Part shown: in pieces, positions 44,860 through 53,778 of the stretch
Position numbering within the stretch: position 1 is the stretch's first letter
Layout of the letters: every line of letters starts with the position of its first letter
Assembly (NCBI GenBank): GCA_963767925.1
Contig: CAVYGB010000010.1
Span: 1,312,001-1,376,000, forward strand
DNA length: 64,000 nucleotides
From: an uncultured delta proteobacterium
GTDB lineage: Bacteria; Myxococcota_A; Polyangia; Fen-1088
Direction of reading: 5' to 3'
Translations under genes and position numbers: made by a program
The notes under the pieces: model-generated
Seen by the model: only the letters and a program-made list of their open reading frames with translations
Told to the model about the DNA's origin: nothing
The model's database searches: none

Positions 44860-45570
44860 ATGATGAAGTTCACCCTCGTCGATCTCTGGAGCAGCATGGG
44901 CCCCATCCCCAAGGGGGTCGTGATCCTCCTGCTCGGGATGTCGATGTTCTCGCTCGCCATCAGCATCGAGCGGGCCCTGGCCTTCCGGCGCGGGCGGCGC
45001 CACTCGCGCGGCTACCTCGGGGCGCTGCTGCCGCTTGTGTCGGCGCCGGGGCGGCTGCGGGAGGCGGCGGGGCTGGATGGGCCCTGGCGGGCCAGCCCGG
45101 TGGCGCGGGTGATCGCCAGCGGGATCAACGAATACGTGCGCAGCATGGCCCGGCTGGGGGCACGGGCCGGCGAGCCGGGGCAGATCGAGCTGGTGGTCGA
45201 GGGGGTCGGGCGGTCGATGGAGCGGGTCAAGGAGCGGGAGCTGATGAACCTGCGGCGGGGGTTGCCGGGGCTGGCGACCGTGTCGTCGTCCGCGCCCTTC
45301 GTGGGGCTGCTGGGGACGGTGTTCGGGATCATCACCGCGTTCAGCAAGATGGCCGATCCGAGCGCGGGGGGTGGGCTGGCCGCTGTGTCGGGCGGGATCG
45401 CGGAGGCGCTGTTGACCACGGCGGTGGGGCTCACGGTCGCGATCGTGTCGGTGTGGTTCTACAACTTCTTCGTCAACAAGGTGGACCACGTCACGGTGGA
45501 CGTCGACGAGACCGCCGGCGAGGTCCTCGACTGCATGATCCGCGAGGGGGAAACCGCCGCCGCCCGATAG
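44860..45570 (+). CDS. MotA/TolQ/ExbB proton-channel protein (AglR-like)
   Basis: LATVSSSAPFVGLLGTVFGIITAF, GIAEALLTTAVGL, YNFF. Confidence 0.93.
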   Translation: MMKFTLVDLWSSMGPIPKGVVILLLGMSMFSLAISIERALAFRRGRRHSRGYLGALLPLVSAPGRLREAAGLDGPWRASPVARVIASGINEYVRSMARLGARAGEPGQIELVVEGVGRSMERVKERELMNLRRGLPGLATVSSSAPFVGLLGTVFGIITAFSKMADPSAGGGLAAVSGGIAEALLTTAVGLTVAIVSVWFYNFFVNKVDHVTVDVDETAGEVLDCMIREGETAAAR

Positions 45571-45587
45571 GGCACGCCCGGGGGAAT

Positions 45588-45929
45588 CTAGGAGGTGACG
45601 AAGGTGCGGAGGCGGAGGCAGAGGTTGCTGATGCCGTAACCGTCGAGGAGGACGTCGGTGATGGTGTCGGGCTGGAGCAGGGGGGCGATGTGGACGGGGA
45701 CCGATTGTTCGTGGACGACCACGCCCCCCTGGCTGCAGCTCGAGCAAGGAAGGTTCCAGATGCGGCCGCTGCCCCGGCAGGCGGGACAGACCTCGAAGAC
45801 CGGCACCCCGATGCGGAGGACGACCCCGTTGCGGGCCTCATCGGGGCTGAGGGCCACGTCGATCTGGAGGGGCTCTCTCGGGGAGACCCCCATTGCCTGG
45901 CGCCCCGTCTTCCGCTCCCCAGTTTCCAT
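45588..45929 (-). CDS. DnaJ-type zinc-finger/C-terminal fragment without J-domain (possible remnant)
   Basis: LSPDEARNG, CPACRGSG...CSSCSQGG, VHIAP; no HPD motif. Confidence 0.55.
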   Translation of the reverse strand: METGERKTGRQAMGVSPREPLQIDVALSPDEARNGVVLRIGVPVFEVCPACRGSGRIWNLPCSSCSQGGVVVHEQSVPVHIAPLLQPDTITDVLLDGYGISNLCLRLRTFVTS

Positions 45930-46256
45930 CGTCCCTCCCGCTACCCTCATCATCTATGGCCCGCAGAGCCCCGATGGGTCAACCGGGGCGGCACCCGATT
46001 ATCCCGACGGTCCCCCCCCCGGTACGACAGTCGCCCCCGTCGCCGCCGGTCCCATCGACAGCGCCCGCGTCCTCGATGGCCCTCCGCTCCTGGAGATGGT
46101 CCGCACGTCGGACCATCCCACTACCGGACGCGGTTGTCCGATATCGGAGGGCGTCCGAGACCTACACACCTGAACGCAGCTCCGCGCGCGCGGTGGCGCT
46201 TCTGTTGTCCGAGCGGCAACGGAACCGAAACCGGCAGCCCGCCAGACTGATCGGGT

Positions 46257-46274
46257 GTGGCAATGGAATTGCCG
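46257..46274. promoter_or_regulatory. Palindromic sigma54-like promoter
   Basis: Plus strand TGGCAA-TGGAA-TTGC. The GGCAAT-GGA-ATTGCC palindrome gives GG-N10-GC on both strands. Confidence 0.55.
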
Positions 46275-46498
46275 TCCCGGGAAGAAAAACGCCGAAAAGG
46301 ACCAACGGCCGTCGCCGAGGCGGTGTGTATCAGAGGACCCACCACGGCGACCGCCGGTGAGGTGGATCGAGGCTCCCTTTCAGCGGAATGAACGCGGGGG
46401 GCGATCGTTCAGGGACCGCGCAGAGTCTCGGAACGAGCGGCACGCCCTGTGCTTGGATCCCATTCGTCGTCCGCAAACCCGAACCAGAAGGTGCGATC

Positions 46499-47215
46499 GT
46501 GACCAGCAAGAGCCCCGCCCCCACCGGCCCGCGCCGCCGCAGTCCCCGACCGGCCCGCCGGCCGAGGTTGGCCCTGGCATGCGCGGTATCACTCGCCTGC
46601 CATCTCGTCGCGGTCACCTTGCTCGCCAGCCGGGGGACGCCGGCCCGGGCGACCGCGACGCTCGACGGGGCGATCTCCGTATACCCCAACGCCTCGCTCG
46701 AGAGCGGACGGGCCTCCGAGTCGCAGCCGCCCTCCATCAAAACCCCCAGCCCGCCCCGGCCCGTCCAGAAGGCGACCCGCCCGACCCGACCGCGGGTGCG
46801 CCCGACGCGTCCGACCCGCGTGGCCGTCGCGCCCGCGCCCGCGCTCCTGCCACCGCCCGCGCCGGCGGGGCTCACGGCGACCACGCCGGGCAACGGCATC
46901 GCGCCCCAGGCCCCGCCCGCCCGGCGCGCGGAGCCGGTGCGGGTGGGTCACGGCGTCGCCCGATCGCTGCGCATCTTCGACTCCTTCCCCCGCATGCCGG
47001 AGGTGCTCCGCTTGCAGCAGCGGAACGAGGCGGTGGACGTCGAGATCTGCGTGTCGGCGCAGGGATCGGTCCGCGACGTTCGGCTGCGGGGCGCCTCCGA
47101 GGCGCTGGCGAGGATCCTGCGCGAGGCGCTCTTCACCTGGCGCTACCGGCCGCTCATTCAGGCCGATGGCCCCGTGCCGTTCTGTCACGATCTGCGGCTG
47201 ACCTACCGCTCGTGA
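46499..47215 (+). CDS. Second TonB-like protein
   Basis: TM with SLACH, Pro-rich linker, TonB-C (ICVSAQGSV...WRYRP..DGPVPFC). Start uncertain (46388 or 46499). Confidence 0.72.
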   Translation: MTSKSPAPTGPRRRSPRPARRPRLALACAVSLACHLVAVTLLASRGTPARATATLDGAISVYPNASLESGRASESQPPSIKTPSPPRPVQKATRPTRPRVRPTRPTRVAVAPAPALLPPPAPAGLTATTPGNGIAPQAPPARRAEPVRVGHGVARSLRIFDSFPRMPEVLRLQQRNEAVDVEICVSAQGSVRDVRLRGASEALARILREALFTWRYRPLIQADGPVPFCHDLRLTYRS

Positions 47216-47454
47216 GTCACGACCGTTGAAATTGCGACGTGACTCGGTGGCTTGCGCGCCGCTCAGGTAACCCGCTCCCGTCGCGTTGGTTACCGGCGCC
47301 CGATGAAAGCGCGGCGTAAGTCAGGGCCTACCCTCTGGACTCTTGCGTCGCCGGGATCAAAAGTCGACTCGGGGACCGATTCTTCATCCCTCCGTGTGAC
47401 TCCGGGGACGGTTTCTAGAATACTTGTGTGGTCCACGGTGTGGGGAGGAGCGCA

Positions 47455-47829
47455 ATGGGTATGAAGACGGTTCTGGTGGTCGAGGATGACCTCGACGTTC
47501 GCGATCTGCTGCAAGACTACCTGGAGGCGAAAGGGTTCGACGTGGTCCCGGCTGGCACCGGCAAGCAGGCGCTCGACTTCCTGCTGGCGAAAGGGGCAGC
47601 GCCGCCCGACATCGTCATCCTCGATCTCATGATGCCGCTGGTGAACGGCTGGCAGGTGCTCGAGCAGATGCGCAACCATCCCGTGCTCGCCGAGATCCCG
47701 GTGGTGGTGCTGACCGCCGCCACCAGCGACAAGCCGACCGGCGCCAACGTCATCGTCCGCAAACCGTTCCACCCCGATTTTCTGGTGGAGACGATGCGCG
47801 GCTACCTCGACAACCGGGCCCAGGTGTAG
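47455..47829 (+). CDS. Single-domain response regulator
   Basis: VLVVEDD, ILDLMMP, VVVLTA, RKPF; GGAGGAG RBS. Confidence 0.92.
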   Translation: MGMKTVLVVEDDLDVRDLLQDYLEAKGFDVVPAGTGKQALDFLLAKGAAPPDIVILDLMMPLVNGWQVLEQMRNHPVLAEIPVVVLTAATSDKPTGANVIVRKPFHPDFLVETMRGYLDNRAQV

Positions 47830-47843
47830 CGGCGGCGGCGCGA

Positions 47844-49133
47844 TCAGCGCCGCAGGGCCACCACGCCTCCTTTCATCACGAACACCGGCTGCTCCAGCAC
47901 CCGGATGTTCGTGAGGGGATCGCCCTTCACGGCGATCAGATCGCCGAAGTAGCCCTTCGCGAGTCCCCCGATCTTCCCCTCCAGGCGCAGCAGGCGAGCG
48001 TTGACCACGGTGGCCGACTGGATCGCCTGCAGCGGCGTCATGCCCGCCTCCACGTAGATCGCGAGCTGGCGGGCATTGCTGCCGTGGGCCTGCACGCCCG
48101 AGTCGGTGCCGTAAGCGAGCGACAGCCGCGCCGCCACCGCCCGCTTCAGCGAGGCCATCTTCATGGTGTAGACCTCGCGCGACTTCTGGAGCTGGTAGCT
48201 GGTGTAGCCACCGCTGCCGCCCCGCTCGCCCATGATGAGGTTGGTGACGGGGTTCATCACCAGGAAGGTGCCGCTCTTGCGGACGGCTGCGATGGCCTCG
48301 TCGTCCATCATGGAGGCGTGCTCGATCGAGCGGGCGCCAGCCCGGGCCGCCCGCACGATCCCCAGGGTGCCGTGGGCGTGCACCGCCACGTCGCGCCCCT
48401 TCTCCCGGGCGGCCTGCACGCCCGCCCGCAGCTCCTCCTCGGTGTAGTCGCACTGGCGAGGGTCGGTCCCGAAGGAGGTGACGCCGCCGGTGGCGAGCAT
48501 CTTGATCCAGTCGGCCCCGTATTTGATGTTCTCCCGCACCTTGCCCCGGACCGCGTCCGGCCCGTCGGCGATGGCGGTGTAGCGGTGCACCTCGATGTCG
48601 GGTGGAAGGGCGTTGTCGTCGCCGTGCCCGCCGGTCGCCGAGACGCTCTTGACCGCGACGAGCAGGCGCGGCCCCGGCACCCGCCCCCCGGCGATGGCGT
48701 CCCGCAGAGCCACGTCGACCAGATCGCGGCTGCCGAGGTCGCGCACGGTGGTGAACCCGCTCTCGAGCACGCGCCGGGCGTTGGCCGCCCCCTCCAGCGC
48801 CGCCCGGGCCGCCGTCTCCCGCCGCCGCTCATCGGGGCTCTGCTCCTCGCCCCCCGTCAGATGGACGTGGGCATCGATCAGCCCCGGCAACAGGGTCACG
48901 TCCCCCAGATCGATGTCGACCGCCTGCCCCGCCTGGTGCGTCCCCACCTCGACCACCACCCCCTTCTCGATCCGCACCAGCGGCCGCACCAGCACCTTGC
49001 CGCTGGCCACATCGAGCCCGCGCGCCGCCGTCACCGTGACAGCCCGCGCCGAACCGGCCCAGGCGACGACGACGGCGACCCCGAGCAGCCCTCCGAGCCG
49101 ACGGAGCTGGAAAGAGTCAGCGCGTATCATCAT
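47844..49133 (-). CDS. Secreted amidohydrolase (Xaa-Pro dipeptidase-like)
   Basis: PGLIDAHVH, GFTTVRDLG, GADWIK, AVHAHG, SIEHAS, YGTDSG; AAGGAGG RBS. Confidence 0.92.
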   Translation of the reverse strand: MMIRADSFQLRRLGGLLGVAVVVAWAGSARAVTVTAARGLDVASGKVLVRPLVRIEKGVVVEVGTHQAGQAVDIDLGDVTLLPGLIDAHVHLTGGEEQSPDERRRETAARAALEGAANARRVLESGFTTVRDLGSRDLVDVALRDAIAGGRVPGPRLLVAVKSVSATGGHGDDNALPPDIEVHRYTAIADGPDAVRGKVRENIKYGADWIKMLATGGVTSFGTDPRQCDYTEEELRAGVQAAREKGRDVAVHAHGTLGIVRAARAGARSIEHASMMDDEAIAAVRKSGTFLVMNPVTNLIMGERGGSGGYTSYQLQKSREVYTMKMASLKRAVAARLSLAYGTDSGVQAHGSNARQLAIYVEAGMTPLQAIQSATVVNARLLRLEGKIGGLAKGYFGDLIAVKGDPLTNIRVLEQPVFVMKGGVVALRR

Positions 49134-49229
49134 GGCCTCCTTCAGGCTTCGATAACACGAACCCGGAACGCCGCGCGAAGTTCCACGCCAGGAGGAGACC
49201 GGAGGGGCGCACGTCCCCACCGCGAGCGT

Positions 49230-49774
49230 TCAGGGTGTGCCACCGTCGGGGCAGGCGGGCAACACGAGCCCCGGGAGCTTGCCGGCGATCCCCTGCAGCA
49301 GCGCCCGCTCGGCCGATCGCCCCGAGCACACCTCCCGTCCGAGGCTCTCCGCGAAGAGCTGACTGGAGTATGGGCTGGTCTGCTCGACAACCGAGAGCCA
49401 GCCGCCCAGGTAGTCGGCGAGCCGGGTGTCGCGACTCTGGTCCCCGAAGCGGGCAAGGCTCGACCTGAATCCCCAGGACGTCCGTCCACTTCTTCGCCCC
49501 CAGCGTCGCCCGCTCGACGGCGGCGAGATCCGGAATTCGATCCACGTCCGGCACCATGTCCAGGTGCACGCAGCCTGGGAATGCGCCGAGGGCTCTGAGC
49601 GGCCACGGCAGCGGCTGCCGGGGGCGCGGCCGCCGGGCGCGCCTGCGTGCAGGCGCGGACAACCCGCCCGGCGCCCCAGCCGATCCCGAACGCGAAGGCC
49701 GCCATCAGCACGACGGCCAAGAGGCGCGGGCGCGTCCTGCCGTCAACGTGGGGACGCAGCTTCCCCTCCCTCAC
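49230..49774 (-). pseudogene. Frameshifted single-TM hypothetical protein (paralog B)
   Basis: TM LLAVVLMAAFAFGIGWG; two apparent +1 shifts lead to YLGGWLSVVEQTSP...CSG, ending in TGA at 49232-49230. Confidence 0.5.
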
Positions 49775-50537
49775 GGCGGGCACGCCGGACGCCGGCCCGC
49801 TCATCGACCGCCGCCGGCGCGCCCAGGGGCTCCAGGCGCCGCAAGGTCCGCGCGTCCGTTGCCCATTGTTTGATCGCGGTGATCGACGGAGACGGCTCGA
49901 GGCCCGAGATTCGCCAGGCATCGAGCACGTACCAGAAGGCGGTGTCCTCGCGCCGGGTGGACTGGAAGAAGCACTCGAAGGCCCCGGTCGAGGCTGCCTC
50001 CGGCAGCCACTGCAACAGCTTGGCGGTCATGAGCATTTCGTCGAGCTCGCGCGCGCCCGAGCAGAAGCGCTCCTCGATGGCCGCCCGCAAGTCGGCGATG
50101 ACCTGCGGTGAGGTGTAGCGGATGGCATCCACCCAGCCGTCGAGCGTCCTCGGATGGGAAACCGCGACCGCGTCCGCGCTCGCCTGAGCACCCAGCTCCT
50201 GCCGCGCCCGCCGCACGTGTTCGGAGAGCCCCTGCAGCAGACCGCGCGCGACGTCGCCCCCGCTGCGGGAGGCCGGGGCCGTCGGAGTGGCCGAATCGGG
50301 ACTCGCACGCCGGGCAACGGCGACCGAGAGACTGACAGCAGCCACGGCGGCGGCCGGGCTGGAGGCGTTCGCGACCGAGGGGCCTGGTTCACCCGCCCTC
50401 TCCAGGCCCCTCGGCGCCAGACCTGTCGCGATCCCGATCGCGAAGCAGGTCGCGATCGCGAGGCCGGCACCGAGGTTCCTACCGCGCGCCCACAGCGCAC
50501 GCGCCCCCCAGCCCGACCTTGCCCGGCCGCTAGCCAC
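49743..50537 (-). CDS. Single-TM hypothetical protein (paralog A)
   Basis: 3' part of ORF 49743..51638. TM LAIATCFAIGIATG, then globular TLDGWVDAIRYTSP...CSG...EDTAFWYVLDAW. Start uncertain. Confidence 0.6.
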   Translation of the reverse strand: MASGRARSGWGARALWARGRNLGAGLAIATCFAIGIATGLAPRGLERAGEPGPSVANASSPAAAVAAVSLSVAVARRASPDSATPTAPASRSGGDVARGLLQGLSEHVRRARQELGAQASADAVAVSHPRTLDGWVDAIRYTSPQVIADLRAAIEERFCSGARELDEMLMTAKLLQWLPEAASTGAFECFFQSTRREDTAFWYVLDAWRISGLEPSPSITAIKQWATDARTLRRLEPLGAPAAVDERAGVRRARREGGEAASPR

Positions 50538-50693
50538 CCCGGAGGTATCAAGAGCGGGATCAGAACACGCCCCCCGCACCCACGTGCGAGACGCCCCAGC
50601 AACTTCGCTGTTTCGTAACGGGCGGCTGACTGCCGCTGCGCGGCTTCCGCCTCCCTCCCCTTCTTTGAAGGGGGACCGTGTTAAGGTGGCGGC

Positions 50694-51734
50694 GTGCGCG
50701 TTGCCGAGCTGATTGGTTTGCGGCAGTTCCGGGTCCGCGACGGCGAGCTTGCCGAACCCGGGCCCGGTGAAGTTCAGGTCGAGGTGCAGGCGGTCGGGAT
50801 CTGCGGATCCGACCTGCACGCTTACAGCGAGGGGGGCATCGGCGAGGTGACCTGTGTCTACCCGCAGGTGCTGGGGCACGAGCCGGCGGGGGTGATCGCG
50901 AAGCTGGGCGCCGGCGTGTCGGGCTGGGCGCGCGGCGACTCGGCGTCCTTCGAGCCGGCCCACTATTGCTACCACTGCGAGCCCTGCCTCAAGGGCCGGC
51001 ACAACCTGTGCTCGCGCATCCGCTTCCTGTCGACCCCGGGCGAGCCGGGGTTCTTCCGCGAGCGGGTCAACCTGCCGGTCGAGAACCTGCTGCGGCTGCC
51101 CGACCACCTGCCGGTCACGATGGCCACCATGATCGAGCCGCTGGCGGTGGCCCTGCACTCGCTGTCGCTGGCCCGCCCCACCCTGGGCGAGACCGCGGCG
51201 GTGTTCGGGGCCGGGCCGATCGGCCTGCTCACGGTGGCGGCCCTGAAGCGGGCCGGGGTGGGACGGGTCTTCGCGGTCGAGCCGGTGGCCCACCGCCGGG
51301 AGCTGGCCCGCCTGATGGGCGCCGACGCCCAGCTCGGGGCCAGCCCGGCCGATGCCGCGCGGACCATCCTGGCGGACACCTCCAACCGGGGGGTCGACGT
51401 GGTGTTCGACTGCGCCGCCGCGGCCCAGACCGCCGATGCCAGCCTGCAGGTGGCGACGAGCGGCGGCCGGGTGGTGTTCACGGGCATACCCAGCGAGCGC
51501 CGGGTCTCCCACGATGTCCACCTGTGGCGCCGCAAGGAGCTCACGGTGTTCCAGGTCCGCCGCTCGAACCACCAGAGCGCGGCCGCCCGCGACCTCATCG
51601 CCCGGGACCTGCGCTTCTTCGCGCCGGTGGTCACCCACCAGCGCCCGCTCGAGTCGATCGGCGAGGCCTTCCGGCTTGTCGCGGGCTACGAGGACGGGGT
51701 TGGTAAGCTGGTGGTCCGACCCGACGCCTCATAG
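50694..51734 (+). CDS. Zn-dependent alcohol dehydrogenase (sorbitol/L-iditol DH-like)
   Basis: GICGSDLH, LGHE, CxxCxxC-x7-C, FGAGPIG. Confidence 0.93.
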   Translation: MRVAELIGLRQFRVRDGELAEPGPGEVQVEVQAVGICGSDLHAYSEGGIGEVTCVYPQVLGHEPAGVIAKLGAGVSGWARGDSASFEPAHYCYHCEPCLKGRHNLCSRIRFLSTPGEPGFFRERVNLPVENLLRLPDHLPVTMATMIEPLAVALHSLSLARPTLGETAAVFGAGPIGLLTVAALKRAGVGRVFAVEPVAHRRELARLMGADAQLGASPADAARTILADTSNRGVDVVFDCAAAAQTADASLQVATSGGRVVFTGIPSERRVSHDVHLWRRKELTVFQVRRSNHQSAAARDLIARDLRFFAPVVTHQRPLESIGEAFRLVAGYEDGVGKLVVRPDAS

Positions 51735-51962
51735 GTGCGTCGAATCAGCGCGTCATCGGCTATCTAGTGTAAAACTCAGATGAATTCTTCCGCGCTGAGT
51801 CTGCGCGAGATTTCATCTTCCGAGCGTCGCTTTCTGGTCAGAGGCGGTTTTTTAGCGACAACTAAACCGCTATCAGACCACTATCGGTATACCTGTTAGA
51901 AACGGTCTCAGGCGCGATCCCCACGCCGCCTGACCGGAGCCCATCGTATCGGAGGTCCACAA

Positions 51963-53759
51963 ATGGGTACGAACCATTGGTCCAGCCCTGCTCGACGTTT
52001 CCCCAGCGGCGCTGGTCACAAGGTCGCGCTTCTGCCCTTGCTTCTCGCCATTGCTTGCTCGGGTTCCATTGTCGACTCGCTCCCGGGTGCGCCGGGCGCG
52101 GGTCCAGGCCCCGGCGGGGTCGATCCGGTAACGGGTCTGCCTCCGGCCCCGCCGCCGAGCACCCCCGGCGCACCGCCCGCGCTCCCCGAGACCGCGCCCG
52201 TCACTGGCCCCGTGGCCAGCCGCGCCGGCGCCTCCAGCCGGTTCGTGCGGTTGAACCACCGGCAATGGGAGAACACGGTTCGTGACCTCCTGAAGCTGCA
52301 GCAGCCGAGCGGTCTTTCGCGGCAGTTCGTCAACGAGGGCGTCCGCACCGCGTTCGACACCCACGGCGGCGAGCTCGAGATCTCGGCCCAGCTCTGGCAG
52401 GACTACAACAAGGCGGCAGCCGCCCTGGCCAGCCAGGTGGTCCGAGACACGGCCAAGCTCAACGCCCTGCTGCCGGCCAACGCGCCTACCGAGCCCGAGG
52501 CCCGCGCCCGCGCGTTCATCAACAGCTTTGGCACGCGCGCCTTCCGGCGCCCGCTCACCGAGGCCGAGACGAGCCAGTTCCTGGCCCTCTACCGCAAGGG
52601 CCCCGAGATGGGCGGCACCAACGCCCTGGCCGACGGCCTGGAGCTGGTGGTCACCGCCTTCCTGAACTCGCCGCACGTGCTGTACCGGACCGAGCTGAGC
52701 GGAACGGTCAACAACGGCAAGATCGCCCTGTCGGACTACGAGGTGGCCTCCCGCCTGTCGTACGGCCTGACCAACAGCATGCCGGATGACCAGCTGTTCG
52801 AGGCCGCCGGGACCAAGCAGCTCCACACCCGCGACCAGGTCATCAATCAGGCCCGCCGCCTGCTCGAGTCGCCGGCCGGCATCGCCACCGTGCGCGACCT
52901 GCACGACCAGATGATGAAGGACGTCGACCCGACCGAGCTGGTCCGGGACGCGAATCTGCACCCCCTGTTCAAGCCGGGCCTCGGCGCCGACATGAAGCAG
53001 GAGGCGCTGGCCTTCGTGAACGAGGTCGTCTTCGGCCAGGGCAAGGGCGTCAGCGAGCTGCTGACCGCGCCCTACACCATGGTGAACGCCAAGCTGGCGC
53101 CCCTTTACGGCGTGAACGTGCCGGGCGGCGGTCAGGCTGACCGGTTCGTCAAGGTCCAGCTCGATCCCGGGCAGCGGGCCGGCATGTACACCCAGCTCGG
53201 CTTCCTCTCGGAGACCAGCACCGACTTCAACCCGCGACCCATCAAGCGTGGCGTCGTGCTGAGCGAGTTCCTGCTCTGCAACAAGGTGCCGCCGCCCCCG
53301 CCCGAGGCGAACCAGACCCCCATCCCCGCCGTCCCCGGCGGCACCAACCGCCAGAACTTCGAGGCGGCCACCGAGGCCCCCGGCACGGTCTGCGCCGGCT
53401 GCCACGGCACGCTCATCAACCCGCTCGGCTTCGCCTTCGAGAACTTCGACGGGCTCGGCCGCTTCCGGACCGAGGAGAACGGCCGGCCCATCAACAGCGC
53501 CTCCCGCTACGAGTTCGCCGAGGGCGTCCGGGAGTTCAACAGCGCGGTCGAGCTGATGAAGCTCGCCGCCGAGGGCCGCCAGGCCCACGACTGCTACTCC
53601 AAGCACCTTTTCGAGTACGTCTACGGCCGGTCCGTGGATCCGACGACCGACGACGCGCTCGTCACCGAGCTCGGCCGGCGCTCGCGCCAGAAGGTGGCCG
53701 TCAAGGACCTCGTCCTCGACCTGGTCGCGACCGAAGCGTTCCTCAACCGTCTGCCCTAA
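51963..53759 (+). CDS. DUF1592-family lipoprotein (DUF1587/1595/1592/1588/1585) with CxxCH
   Basis: AIAC lipobox; RLNHRQWENTVRDL, RAFRRPL, YEVASRLSY, CAGCH, PLGFAFENFDGLGRFR; GGAGG RBS. Confidence 0.92.
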   Translation: MGTNHWSSPARRFPSGAGHKVALLPLLLAIACSGSIVDSLPGAPGAGPGPGGVDPVTGLPPAPPPSTPGAPPALPETAPVTGPVASRAGASSRFVRLNHRQWENTVRDLLKLQQPSGLSRQFVNEGVRTAFDTHGGELEISAQLWQDYNKAAAALASQVVRDTAKLNALLPANAPTEPEARARAFINSFGTRAFRRPLTEAETSQFLALYRKGPEMGGTNALADGLELVVTAFLNSPHVLYRTELSGTVNNGKIALSDYEVASRLSYGLTNSMPDDQLFEAAGTKQLHTRDQVINQARRLLESPAGIATVRDLHDQMMKDVDPTELVRDANLHPLFKPGLGADMKQEALAFVNEVVFGQGKGVSELLTAPYTMVNAKLAPLYGVNVPGGGQADRFVKVQLDPGQRAGMYTQLGFLSETSTDFNPRPIKRGVVLSEFLLCNKVPPPPPEANQTPIPAVPGGTNRQNFEAATEAPGTVCAGCHGTLINPLGFAFENFDGLGRFRTEENGRPINSASRYEFAEGVREFNSAVELMKLAAEGRQAHDCYSKHLFEYVYGRSVDPTTDDALVTELGRRSRQKVAVKDLVLDLVATEAFLNRLP

Positions 53760-53778
53760 TCCGCAGGAGCATCTGAAC

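Noticed and set aside
47413..47420. TTCTAGAA as a third PadR operator
   Set aside because: Lacks the C-N3-G core and spacing of the two 15-bp sites.
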